Shown here: positions 1 through 8,866 of the stretch, one piece after another | Layout of the letters: the number at the start of each line of letters is the position of its first letter | Position numbering within the stretch: position 1 is the stretch's first letter | Source of the DNA: a virus | Length of the DNA stretch: 64,000 nt | Reading direction: 5' to 3' (one strand) | Virus record (IMG/VR): IMGVR_UViG_3300009093_000036 | Span: 32,001-96,000 of that record | Position numbers and translations under genes: made by a program | The notes under the pieces: model-generated | Database searches by the model: none | What the model saw: the letters and a program-made list of their open reading frames with translations, nothing else | What the model was told of the DNA's origin: nothing

Positions 1-119
1 GTTCCGGACGTGATCAGCGTCGTGCCCGTGACGTCGTAGACCCGAACCAGCACACCTGCTGTTGCCGGATTCGGAACGAGAGCGCTCCGGACCAAGACAT
101 CGACGACTTCGACTGCCAT
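1..119 (-). CDS. 5' part of a probable virion protein (runs off window edge; MAVEVVDVLVRS...)
   Basis: ATG at 119 preceded by TAGCCT-N6; open to position 1; follows the virion operon. Confidence 0.55.
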   Translation of the reverse strand, partial: MAVEVVDVLVRSALVPNPATAGVLVRVYDVTGTTLITSG

Positions 120-131
120 GGCCGGAGGCTA

Positions 132-1631
132 TCACACAGCCGTCATCAAGTCGCTGTACGCCACCACTGCATCAGCGAGGCCAGCGTTCTTCGAGTGCTG
201 CTCGGTCGTCGTCTTCAGGATGTCGCGCACCTGCTGGTTGAGCTCGTCCTTCTGCGAAGAGAGCGTACGCAGGTACTCGTCGATGCTGCCCGGACGCTTC
301 GCTCCGAAGGCTCGACGGATGATGTTCGGCTTCGGGAGTTGCGAGACGTAGTGCTCGACAGCGACGTTCCGCTGGTCTTCTGGGAGATGCTCGTGGCTGC
401 CGTAGCGGATGCCGCGAGCAATCACCTGCTCCAGCTTCTCCTTGTTGAAATGGGGCTCCAGCACCTGGATCTGCCGTGTCCCCTTCAGGTCGAGACCTTC
501 ACCGCCGGCGCTCGACAGCAGCAAGGCCTTCAGCTTCCCCTCGTTGTAGTCCTTGACCATCTGGTCGCGTTCGCTCTTCGAGAGCTCGCCGGTGAACTTG
601 CCGTACGGGACCTTGCCCTGCTGGAGCATCGTCTCGTACGGATGGAGCCCGGACTCCAAGAAGTTCGAGTACACGAGAGCTCGATGCTGTGGGTTCTTCT
701 CGATCTGACCTGAGAGCCGCTGGTAGGCGGTCTGAAGCTTCGGGCTCATCGCTGCGGCCTGGTCAGGAGTCACCCCCTCCTGGAAGCCTGCCGGGCTCAA
801 CGAGACCTGGCGAACTCCGCTGGAGAACGCGTTGAGGTCCTTCGACTCCTGCTTGTTCGGTGGAAGTCCGTGTTGGACCTTGTACTTGATCCACGCAGGA
901 GCCTCTCCCATCAGGGAGTTGTAGACGTTCTGCTGCTCCTTCCCGAGCGTGGTGTTCACGACCTCGTCGTGCCGTGCCGGGAAGTTGTCGGTCGTGTTCT
1001 CGTGGAAGTCGACCCACTGCCCGAGGATCTTCGAGAGCTCGTCCTTGCGCTTGAGCTCGGCCACGGACCCCGGCTTCACACCACGGAACGTTCGAGCAAT
1101 CCAGCCTGGATCAACCTTCCGTTCCCCGATGTAGCGCTTCTCGAAGTCGGCCTGCGCTGGTGGCAGGACGTTCTCGCCGGCGGCGACGTTGACCAACGAC
1201 GCGAGGTCGTAGGGGCGGTTGTAGAGCGGTGTGCCGGTCAGCAGCATCCGCTTCTTCGCCTCGGCTCCACGCACCACCTTCCTCGACATCGAGGAGGGGT
1301 CACGAATCCGATGCGCTTCATCGACGATCAGGTTGTCCGTGGGCTCGATGCTCCCGTGGAGGGCCTGACGCTGGAGGCTCTGGATGTCGTACTTGGAGTT
1401 CGGAGTCCCCTTGAGGTGCTTGTCGAGCTCCTTCTGGTAGTTGCTCTGAAGAGCCGCAGGCACGACCGCTGTCGTGTTCCCGCCAAGACGTTCAGCCGCC
1501 GCGATCGAGGTGAGGGTCTTGCCCGAGCCCATGCCGTGGGCGACGACGAGGCCCGGCTGTTTCTGGATGCGGTCCACCACACGCTGTTGGTGCGGCTTCA
1601 GCTCCGAGATGATCTCCGAGAGCTTCTTCAT
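132..1631 (-). CDS. SNF2-family (SF2) helicase/ATPase, 499 aa
   Basis: HGMGSGKT Walker A, IVDEAH, LTGTP, GGEGLDL, QVIARGIR motifs; start MKKLSE directly after upstream stop at 1634. Confidence 0.9.
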   Translation of the reverse strand: MKKLSEIISELKPHQQRVVDRIQKQPGLVVAHGMGSGKTLTSIAAAERLGGNTTAVVPAALQSNYQKELDKHLKGTPNSKYDIQSLQRQALHGSIEPTDNLIVDEAHRIRDPSSMSRKVVRGAEAKKRMLLTGTPLYNRPYDLASLVNVAAGENVLPPAQADFEKRYIGERKVDPGWIARTFRGVKPGSVAELKRKDELSKILGQWVDFHENTTDNFPARHDEVVNTTLGKEQQNVYNSLMGEAPAWIKYKVQHGLPPNKQESKDLNAFSSGVRQVSLSPAGFQEGVTPDQAAAMSPKLQTAYQRLSGQIEKNPQHRALVYSNFLESGLHPYETMLQQGKVPYGKFTGELSKSERDQMVKDYNEGKLKALLLSSAGGEGLDLKGTRQIQVLEPHFNKEKLEQVIARGIRYGSHEHLPEDQRNVAVEHYVSQLPKPNIIRRAFGAKRPGSIDEYLRTLSSQKDELNQQVRDILKTTTEQHSKNAGLADAVVAYSDLMTAV

Positions 1632-1633
1632 GT

Positions 1634-2596
1634 TCAGCTCAGACGGATCGCGAAGTCGATGTCCGGCTGCTGGATGCCGAACTCGTCCTCGTCGCTCAGC
1701 GACGGGTCGAAGAGGTTGATGAGGTCGGTGGGGTCTCCGACCGCAGGGAGCTTCACGCGCCGAGTGAAGTTGGTTCCTTCGACGTGCACATCGAGGACAG
1801 ACCCACGGATGAGACGAACGACTGCGTAGCCGGTCTCGTCGGTCTCGATGTCTTCGTAGTGCCGGAAGATGTTGTAGGAGCCGACGGTGTTGGGGAGGAA
1901 CACGTTCGCGATGACGACGCTGCGCCCCTCGATGGGGCGGCCTCGCATGTCGGTGATCTTCACGTACGCCGAGATCATCAGGTCGTACGCAAGGACCGGA
2001 ACCTCGACGCCTGGCAGCGGGACGCTCTGCGGAGCCACGGCCATCGTCGTGTGGTGCAGGAGCTGCGTCTTGTACCAGTAGGACGTCGCTGCGTTGCTGT
2101 CGGTGAAGAAGTACTCGTGCACCGTGCTGCTGAGAGTGCTGTCGACCCCCTTGCCGATGGCGAAGTCCCCGGTCTGGAAGCCGAGAGCGAGAGCTCCATC
2201 CGACTCCATGATCTCGATCGATGCCCCGGTGCCGGTCAGCGCCGTCGTCAGAACGAGATGCGAAAGGCCGTCCGCGGAGGCAACTACAAGTGCCGTCGCC
2301 CCGTTGATGTCCGAAATCGCCGAGGACGTGCTGTACGGGTCTGATCCCGAGAACGTGACGTCGACCTGCGTCGCACCGTTCACCTTGAACGACAGCGTCT
2401 TGCCGTTGAGGGCGTGGGGCTCGCGGAACGTTCCAGTGAGCACCGCCGGCTGAGCGGTATGCGCCGAGATCTCCTCGTACACGCCGTTCGGACCCGTGAT
2501 GGAGCGGAACCATCGAATCGAGTCGTACGTCGTGAGCGCGGTGACCGGGTCCACGACCACCTGAGCGAGCGTCAACTGCATGTTCGTGATCGGCAT
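1634..2596 (-). CDS. putative virion structural protein, 320 aa
   Basis: beta-rich Thr/Ser/Ala composition, virion operon context. Confidence 0.6.
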   Translation of the reverse strand: MPITNMQLTLAQVVVDPVTALTTYDSIRWFRSITGPNGVYEEISAHTAQPAVLTGTFREPHALNGKTLSFKVNGATQVDVTFSGSDPYSTSSAISDINGATALVVASADGLSHLVLTTALTGTGASIEIMESDGALALGFQTGDFAIGKGVDSTLSSTVHEYFFTDSNAATSYWYKTQLLHHTTMAVAPQSVPLPGVEVPVLAYDLMISAYVKITDMRGRPIEGRSVVIANVFLPNTVGSYNIFRHYEDIETDETGYAVVRLIRGSVLDVHVEGTNFTRRVKLPAVGDPTDLINLFDPSLSDEDEFGIQQPDIDFAIRLS

Positions 2597-2597
2597 G

Positions 2598-2819
2598 TCA
2601 CCCCGCGAGGAAGCTCTCGATGTCGTTGGTCACGAGCACTTCTGCCTCCGCCGTGTTCTGGCGAGACAAGCGCTCGGAGCCGGTGCGGCCGCGCAAAACC
2701 GACTTCAGGTACGTGGCCTCGTCCGTGAGCCGTGCATGCTCATGGTCGTAGAACTCGTTGAACGCAGACTGGAGGCGGTCCAGTTTCGCGTTGCGGTCGG
2801 TGGTGCGGTCGTCGGGCAC
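2598..2819 (-). CDS. hypothetical protein, 73 aa
   Basis: GTG start with TAGACT-N6 upstream; stop abuts next start. Confidence 0.65.
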   Translation of the reverse strand: MPDDRTTDRNAKLDRLQSAFNEFYDHEHARLTDEATYLKSVLRGRTGSERLSRQNTAEAEVLVTNDIESFLAG

Positions 2820-2849
2820 CGCTGAAGTCTACGCTGAGATGGGCAAAGG

Positions 2850-2870
2850 AAAAAGGCGGCCGTAGCCGCC
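2850..2870 (-). terminator. intrinsic terminator after sigma gene
   Basis: GGCGGC-TACG-GCCGCC followed by TTTTT on minus strand; C(UACG)G tetraloop. Confidence 0.8.
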
Positions 2871-2874
2871 CCCT

Positions 2875-3663
2875 TCACACGCCGCCGAGATGCGGCTTCA
2901 CCTTCTTGTAGATGGCTCCACGAAGCCGGTAGACCTGGTTCTGGTTCATCCCCGTCTTCTTCGCGATCTGCATGATGCTCGGGGGATCGCCGACCGTCGG
3001 AAAGAGCTGGTCGAAGACCTTCTGCTCTTCGCTCGTCAGCAGCGCCGGCATCAGCGAGATGATGCTCCGGACCTGGCTCGGGGCATGACCCAAGCTGCCG
3101 TCCTCGGCGTCCGGGTTCGGATTGCCTCCGATGAAGTGCTCGGTACGGAACTCCGACATCATCGGCCGCAAGTCGCTGGCCGGGATGTCGGGAAGCAGCT
3201 TCTTCATGTCTTCGTACATGGGCTCGTGCCCGTGCTGCTCCATGAACTCGTGTCGAGCGTTCATGAACTTCTGGAACTTCTCGACACGCGGCTTCGGGAC
3301 GTACGCGAAGTTGCGGTTGCCTCCGACGAAGTCGGTGATGCGCTGGAAGTTCGTGATGACGTGCGTGCGGATCTTCGTCCCCTTCGTCGGGTCGTAGGAC
3401 TCCAGCCCCTTCTTCGCCGCGACTCGGAGCTGCTGCTCCAAGGCCGAGTAGGGGATCGAGCCACCGAGACCGTTCAGCTTGCGCTTCGCGAACGACTGGA
3501 TGGTCGGTTCGAGAGCATCGAGAAGCGGTTCGAGATGCTTCGCCTTCTTCCCGCTGTCGTTCCAAGCCTTCCAGAGCGCGTAGTGCGGGTCGGAGACTCC
3601 TCCGCCCGTGATCTTCCGCGCATCCTGGTTGAACTTGTCGAACGGGCTTCGCGTCTTGGTCAT
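2875..3663 (-). CDS. phage sigma70-family (group 3/FliA-like) sigma factor, 262 aa
   Basis: region 2-like GLESYDPTKGTKIRTHV, region 3-like HGHEPMYEDMKKLL, region 4 HTH LTSEEQKVF...SIMQIAKKTGMNQNQVYRL. Confidence 0.8.
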   Translation of the reverse strand: MTKTRSPFDKFNQDARKITGGGVSDPHYALWKAWNDSGKKAKHLEPLLDALEPTIQSFAKRKLNGLGGSIPYSALEQQLRVAAKKGLESYDPTKGTKIRTHVITNFQRITDFVGGNRNFAYVPKPRVEKFQKFMNARHEFMEQHGHEPMYEDMKKLLPDIPASDLRPMMSEFRTEHFIGGNPNPDAEDGSLGHAPSQVRSIISLMPALLTSEEQKVFDQLFPTVGDPPSIMQIAKKTGMNQNQVYRLRGAIYKKVKPHLGGV

Positions 3664-3992
3664 GCCGAGCGATGACGCGTCAGCGCCTGCGACGCCGCAG
3701 TCGAGCCCGAGATCTCGTCGATCTTCGCGTGCATGAGCCCTCCGATGGAGGCACGGAAGTCGTTGACGCTCGGGATGTAGTTGTCGAAGGCACGGGCGAG
3801 CTCGCCCTGCATCGTGTCGCGATGACGCTCGACCGTGAGGTCGGTCATCGGGCCCTGCACGTCGGCCTTCAGCCCGATCGACGGCGACATCGGATCCGAG
3901 GGCCGGATGTCGTTCGGGCCGGAGATGAGCGGGCTGTCACCACCACGAGCGGTGACGTCCCCTGCGAGTTCGAGAGCGAGCTTCCTGATCAT
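3660..3992 (-). CDS. hypothetical protein, 110 aa
   Basis: GAGGA SD, ATGA overlap with sigma gene. Confidence 0.7.
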   Translation of the reverse strand: MIRKLALELAGDVTARGGDSPLISGPNDIRPSDPMSPSIGLKADVQGPMTDLTVERHRDTMQGELARAFDNYIPSVNDFRASIGGLMHAKIDEISGSTAASQALTRHRSA

Positions 3993-4007
3993 GTTGTCCT
4001 CATCGAT

Positions 4008-4015
4008 CTGATAGG
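4008..4015 (-). promoter_or_regulatory. CCTATCAG promoter-like motif
   Basis: recurring motif oriented toward the 3992 start. Confidence 0.55.
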
Positions 4016-4019
4016 GGAT

Positions 4020-4703
4020 TCAGGCCTTATACGCCTGCATTGCGTCGCTCAGACTGCGGCGCGGATTCATCGGGTCACTGCTGGCCGAGCGGGTCACGCC
4101 CGACTTCGCTGCGATCGGCGTGTTGCCGACCCGCTGCGACTTGTTCGAGCTGCCACGTAGCACGCCGAGCGTAGGCGCAGAAGGCACCGTAACCTTCGGG
4201 GTACCCGGCCCCGAAGGAGGACCTCCGAAGAGGCTGCTCAGCTTGTTCTCGGCCAAGTAGCTGTGGATGGCCTTGCGGGCGTGATGGAGCTCGATGCCTT
4301 CCTTCGCCGCGGCGAGCACGCCTCCACCGAGACCCGAGGTCAGGGCCTTGGCGGCGAGGTCTCCGCCGGTCTGCTGTGCGAGCTCCTTGGTGCCGCCGGC
4401 GAGTCGCGAAGAGAGGCCACCCTTGGCGTTCACGAAGCCCTTGGTGAAACGACCTGCGGTGTCGATCGCCGGCGCCGCAACGGAGGCGAGGCCAGCGGTC
4501 TGCCCGATGATCTTCCAGGGCTTCGGCTTCTGGAGCTTCGCTGCGGCCTGCTCGACTTCGTGTTCGTCGACCGACAGCTTCTGGACCTCGTCGACGAAGG
4601 CCGCCATCTGGGCTTCCTTCATCAGCGTCTGGACGTTCGTGGGGATGGAGCCCTTCCGGGACTTCAGCCGCTTGTCGTCGATGTCGAGGCCGTGCTGTTC
4701 CAC
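4020..4703 (-). CDS. Gly/Ala-rich hypothetical (possible virion) protein, 227 aa
   Basis: GTG start, in frame with upstream TAG at 4713. Confidence 0.7.
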   Translation of the reverse strand: MEQHGLDIDDKRLKSRKGSIPTNVQTLMKEAQMAAFVDEVQKLSVDEHEVEQAAAKLQKPKPWKIIGQTAGLASVAAPAIDTAGRFTKGFVNAKGGLSSRLAGGTKELAQQTGGDLAAKALTSGLGGGVLAAAKEGIELHHARKAIHSYLAENKLSSLFGGPPSGPGTPKVTVPSAPTLGVLRGSSNKSQRVGNTPIAAKSGVTRSASSDPMNPRRSLSDAMQAYKA

Positions 4704-4712
4704 CCCACAAGA

Positions 4713-7700
4713 CTATCCGAGGATGCCCCGCGTAGCCAAGACAGCTTGCACGTAGAGGAACACCGACAGGCGCTTCTCTTTCCGGGTGTCGAGACGGGCT
4801 GCCCGAGCAGTGTCCCGAGACGAGCGCTGGGCCGCCGCCGGATCGTCGGTTTCATTCGCATCCGTGGTCGTTAGGCCCAAGATGGTGTCGACACGATCGC
4901 CCTCAACGTTCGTCGTGAGCTGACGAAGGTCGTCGAAGTCTCCGAAGGCGCGAGAGTGGAAGCCCTCAACGCCTCGGGTGACAGACCCATCGTCGTCGAT
5001 CTCCAAGTTCGCGGTCCCGAACATGTCGACCATCGAAGCAATGGGACGCCACGTGTACGACTTCAAGAAGTCGTCGACGTCGAAGCGATTGCGGCGGATC
5101 ATCGAGTAGCCGTCGACCAGAGACGAGACCGCCTCCTCGATCGTTCCTCGTGCCGAGATCTCCGACAGCGTCGCCGGCGCTCCGATCTCAGAGGGTGTTC
5201 CAGCGGGGCCCGTGATCTCCGACGGATTGCTGTCGAGGGTCTCCGGAGGCTGCTCGGGCAGCGTGACCGGGGTGCTTGCTCCCAAAGTGACCGGAGAGTC
5301 GGGAGTCACCGAGCTCGCCCCAGAGGGATCACCACCGTCAGCCGATCGAGTCGACCGTCCTGTGGGATCGACGATCACGGTGGGGTCGACGATGCTGCCG
5401 GTTCCGAAGAAGTACGAGTAGAGGGACCCGATGTTCTGGCTGCGGTAGTTCTCGCCGTACCACGGCGGGAACGTGAGGTCCTCCGCCGGCAGATCGACGG
5501 TCGTGCGCTGATAGACGCCCAGCGTCTCAGTGATCTGGTATGCGCGGAACGTCACCGAGACCTCGCGCAACGCCGCATCGTCGCCGGCGTTGCCGGTACC
5601 TGAAGTTGCAACGAAGGACGACTGCGTGTCGCCCACGCTTCCAGCAAGAGCTGCGACCTCGGGAACCGACGATGCAGGCACCGCTGTGCCGACGACGACG
5701 CGAGTTCCTCGAATGCGCCCGGCACCTCCTCCAGGAACGAAGAGAGGCAGCGTCGTGCTTGATGTGTAGCGCTGCGAGCCTGTGGCGGAGGTAGAACGAC
5801 GACCTCGAACTGGACGCACCCGCTCGGAGCGAGCGTACTGATCGGTGACGTCCGTGACCGCTGTGATCTCCCCACCACGGGGTCCCGTAGTTCCAGTTGC
5901 AGGGGTATCCAGCATCGCCACGACGCTGCGCACCGAGGTGTTGCGTGTCCGCCGATAGCGACGAGGAGCTGCACGGTCATCGCCGAGGAACTCGGTCCTC
6001 TCATCCGTGACGCGGCCGTACATCATCTGGATCATGGTCTGGCCGCCGGTCTCGGCCGAGATGCTGTGCGTGATGGATGCCGGAGTCCCCAGGTAGTGAC
6101 TGTTCGGCTGCTGTGCCGTGAGGGCCTGCACGAGGTCTGCCGTGCGCTCGTCCGCCATCTCGCGCTGACGATTCTGCTCCTCCGCCGGCAAGTCAGATTG
6201 GACACCCACACCTTCGCCCTGCGATGCAGCTTCGGCGATCCGACGTGCGATCTCCTGGTTGACCTCCGTATCCGCGGAGTTGATGTCGTCGGCCTTGTAC
6301 TTGTCGATGACGAGCGCCGGGAAGCCGAGCACGACGAAGGGGTTGAACTTGCCCTGCACCTGGAGCTGCCGAGAGCGGAAGCGGTACTGGAAGAAGATGT
6401 GGTTCGCAGCAAGCTGAGCGTAGCCGACTCGCACACCGTCGATCATCACACTGCCACCACGCAGTGCATGCAAGTTCAAGTCGCTCATGCGCTCGAACTT
6501 CGGGATGATGCCCGTGTAGAGCTCGTGGTCCATGAGGTCCCGGATGAACCACGCCGGTGCATCTGCGAGGTCAGGAGGCTCGACTCCAGTACGACCGCGA
6601 CCGATGCTGGCCCCCGACCGCGATCCCAAGATCCTCGATGGCGCCATGTAGTAGCCATCGAACAAGAAGTCGGAGCCGAAGAACGCCGACGACGTGCGGA
6701 GCATGAGCCGCGAGACCTCGTCCATGAAGGTCCGGCCGTAGCTGAAGCTGCTGTAGAGCTCGGGGAAGAGAACGTTGCAACGTGGAGGAGCAACCATCCA
6801 GACGTCCGGCCGGTAGATCTGCGTGATGAGACGTGCCGGAGGATCGGGCTGCCGGTTGCCGGTCGCGACACGGCGCTGAAGCTGCGCGTTGACGATCGTC
6901 TCCATGTCGGCTGCGATCTGATCGCAGTACGAGGTGACCTGCTGCCCTTCAGAAGAGTCCGGAGCTCCGAAGGTGTTGTGAGAGGAGGGCCTTCGCGTGA
7001 GCTGTTCGATGCGCTGGAAGCGGACTGCGTTGACCACCAAGATCTGATGGACCTCCAAGTCACCCACGAACCGAGAGCGCTGGCTCACGGCAAGACGACG
7101 AGCGACACCAGCGGCCGTTCCACAGAGCGAGGCCAAGCGCGGAAGTTCAACTTGAAGGCCTCCGTTCTCCGAAGATAGACGGCTTGCCTCATCGGGCGTC
7201 GTCGACCGTGACTGACGGTCCTTCAGGTCGAGAGCTCGCTGCTTCAAGCGACGAGCTGCATTCACGACCGGCGTGTACGAGTCATTCGTCGTGATCGACA
7301 CCGTCTCGTACTGCGGTCGGTTCGGGTCGACCAGCGCCGGGATGTAGTGCGGCGACGTGATCGGGATGACCTCGTGGAAGATGTAGCGCTGAAGGGCGCT
7401 CAGGACGGCTCGAATGGAGACCTGCCGACCAAGACCTGAAAGAGCTCGGCGGAACAAGCTCCCGAAGCCGTTCGCCGACATCAGGCGGACCTCGTTCTGC
7501 TGCTCGAACGGATTCGCTCCGAGCATCTGCGTGATCTTCAGCCGGAGCTCCGCGATGCTGAAGAAGTCGTTCACGCCTCGGATGGCTCGGGTCCCGAAGT
7601 TCACACCTCCGATGGCTTCGATGATGTGGGTGATCGCTCCGAGCAGCGTGCCTCGCAGGTTCGGGTAGTTGCGAGGTGCTGTGTTCATCAGCCCGACGAT

Positions 7701-8261
7701 GATGTCGCCGTTGCCCTCCAAGAAGGAGTTGAAGACGGTCGTGGCGGCTCCAGTGAACGCAGCGCTGATGCCGCCGCCGTCGAGAGAGAAGCCCTGCACC
7801 TGGTACTGGAACGCGTAGTCCCAGTACATCGACCAGTCCATGCACTGGAGCACGATGCTCCGTGAGCTCCCGGTCTTGTCGACGGTGAAGCCGACGAGTT
7901 CGCCTCCGAAGAGGAGACGGTAGTTCTCGTTCTCCAGATCGGTGTCTTCCTGGGCGTCGGTCTGCTCCAGCCTCTCGGGCGGGATGATGCCGTCGAGGTC
8001 GGGATCACGGTCCTGGTTCTGGATGGCGATGTTGTCGCCGGCGACCCATGCCCGATCCGATGCAGGAGCTCCGCGATAGAAGTCGTAGAAGAAGAGATGG
8101 ACGAGCGTGCGAGGGCGAAGCTGAAGAGCGAGGTCGTTCGCCGGGATCTGAATCGAGCACACCGCGGGCTGGTTGGGCTGCGACTGCACCACCGCCGAGA
8201 TCACGGGAACCTCCACCCCTTCCAGGAAAAGGCGGATGTGGAGCTTCTGGGCGATCGTCAT
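4713..8261 (-). CDS. large virion protein, probable baseplate hub, 1182 aa
   Basis: N-terminal LFLEGVEVPVISAVVQSQ...CSIQIP resembles hub/late-control-D beta barrels; size and context; ends in TAG. Confidence 0.55.
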   Translation of the reverse strand: MTIAQKLHIRLFLEGVEVPVISAVVQSQPNQPAVCSIQIPANDLALQLRPRTLVHLFFYDFYRGAPASDRAWVAGDNIAIQNQDRDPDLDGIIPPERLEQTDAQEDTDLENENYRLLFGGELVGFTVDKTGSSRSIVLQCMDWSMYWDYAFQYQVQGFSLDGGGISAAFTGAATTVFNSFLEGNGDIIVGLMNTAPRNYPNLRGTLLGAITHIIEAIGGVNFGTRAIRGVNDFFSIAELRLKITQMLGANPFEQQNEVRLMSANGFGSLFRRALSGLGRQVSIRAVLSALQRYIFHEVIPITSPHYIPALVDPNRPQYETVSITTNDSYTPVVNAARRLKQRALDLKDRQSRSTTPDEASRLSSENGGLQVELPRLASLCGTAAGVARRLAVSQRSRFVGDLEVHQILVVNAVRFQRIEQLTRRPSSHNTFGAPDSSEGQQVTSYCDQIAADMETIVNAQLQRRVATGNRQPDPPARLITQIYRPDVWMVAPPRCNVLFPELYSSFSYGRTFMDEVSRLMLRTSSAFFGSDFLFDGYYMAPSRILGSRSGASIGRGRTGVEPPDLADAPAWFIRDLMDHELYTGIIPKFERMSDLNLHALRGGSVMIDGVRVGYAQLAANHIFFQYRFRSRQLQVQGKFNPFVVLGFPALVIDKYKADDINSADTEVNQEIARRIAEAASQGEGVGVQSDLPAEEQNRQREMADERTADLVQALTAQQPNSHYLGTPASITHSISAETGGQTMIQMMYGRVTDERTEFLGDDRAAPRRYRRTRNTSVRSVVAMLDTPATGTTGPRGGEITAVTDVTDQYARSERVRPVRGRRSTSATGSQRYTSSTTLPLFVPGGGAGRIRGTRVVVGTAVPASSVPEVAALAGSVGDTQSSFVATSGTGNAGDDAALREVSVTFRAYQITETLGVYQRTTVDLPAEDLTFPPWYGENYRSQNIGSLYSYFFGTGSIVDPTVIVDPTGRSTRSADGGDPSGASSVTPDSPVTLGASTPVTLPEQPPETLDSNPSEITGPAGTPSEIGAPATLSEISARGTIEEAVSSLVDGYSMIRRNRFDVDDFLKSYTWRPIASMVDMFGTANLEIDDDGSVTRGVEGFHSRAFGDFDDLRQLTTNVEGDRVDTILGLTTTDANETDDPAAAQRSSRDTARAARLDTRKEKRLSVFLYVQAVLATRGILG

Positions 8262-8298
8262 CGGGGCTTGATCCTACGCGAATCGAGTACGTGAAGCA

Positions 8299-8306
8299 CC
8301 TATCAG
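8299..8306 (+). promoter_or_regulatory. CCTATCAG promoter-like motif
   Basis: intergenic, upstream of 8345 start. Confidence 0.55.
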
Positions 8307-8344
8307 CAAGATGAAGGGCACGGTGCCCTGAAGGAGCGAAGAAC

Positions 8345-8809
8345 ATGGACCCCGACGATGTGCAGAACAAGAACCTGATGACCCCGGGCGATGCGATGGC
8401 CGAGCTGGAGCGCACGCTCCCGAAGCTCGATGTCACGCCGAAGACCCTCTTCCCGACGAAGCCCAGTTTGCTGGCGCCCGGCCACCGCGTCATCGCGGTG
8501 TCGAGCAAGGTGATCGGCGACAACTCGTTCGTGAACCGCTTCGAGAACTACCGGCCGGTCGTCGAGGTGTGGGATCTCCCGGAGAACGGCGACATGGCCG
8601 AGGCCAAGCTGTTCGGTGTCTTCCGGCACGTCGAGGTGCTCGGCGCGTCGTGGATCCATCACGACCCCGAGAACGGGCTCCAGTACCAGGCGCGTCGTGG
8701 TTCCGTGCTCGTCACGAAGAGCGCGCTGCGCGTCTACGAGGACACGCCGGAGAACGTGGCCCGCATCGCCGAGTCCGAGAAGGCGGTGCCGAAGCGCTTC
8801 GGCTGCTGA
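8345..8809 (+). CDS. hypothetical protein, 154 aa
   Basis: SD, own promoter motif and terminator. Confidence 0.75.
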   Translation: MDPDDVQNKNLMTPGDAMAELERTLPKLDVTPKTLFPTKPSLLAPGHRVIAVSSKVIGDNSFVNRFENYRPVVEVWDLPENGDMAEAKLFGVFRHVEVLGASWIHHDPENGLQYQARRGSVLVTKSALRVYEDTPENVARIAESEKAVPKRFGC

Positions 8810-8834
8810 GCTCGACGAAGTTCCGGTTCGTGTG

Positions 8835-8864
8835 GAAGAACGGGCGTGTGCTCGTTCTTCTTTT
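8835..8864 (+). terminator. intrinsic terminator between convergent genes
   Basis: GAAGAACGGGC-GTGT-GCTCGTTCTTC-TTTT. Confidence 0.8.
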
Positions 8865-8866
8865 GC

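Noticed and set aside
132-2513. 793-aa ORF as one protein
   Set aside because: The first 294 codons are an off-frame shadow of the 1634..2596 gene; the SNF2 sequence starts at ATG 1631.
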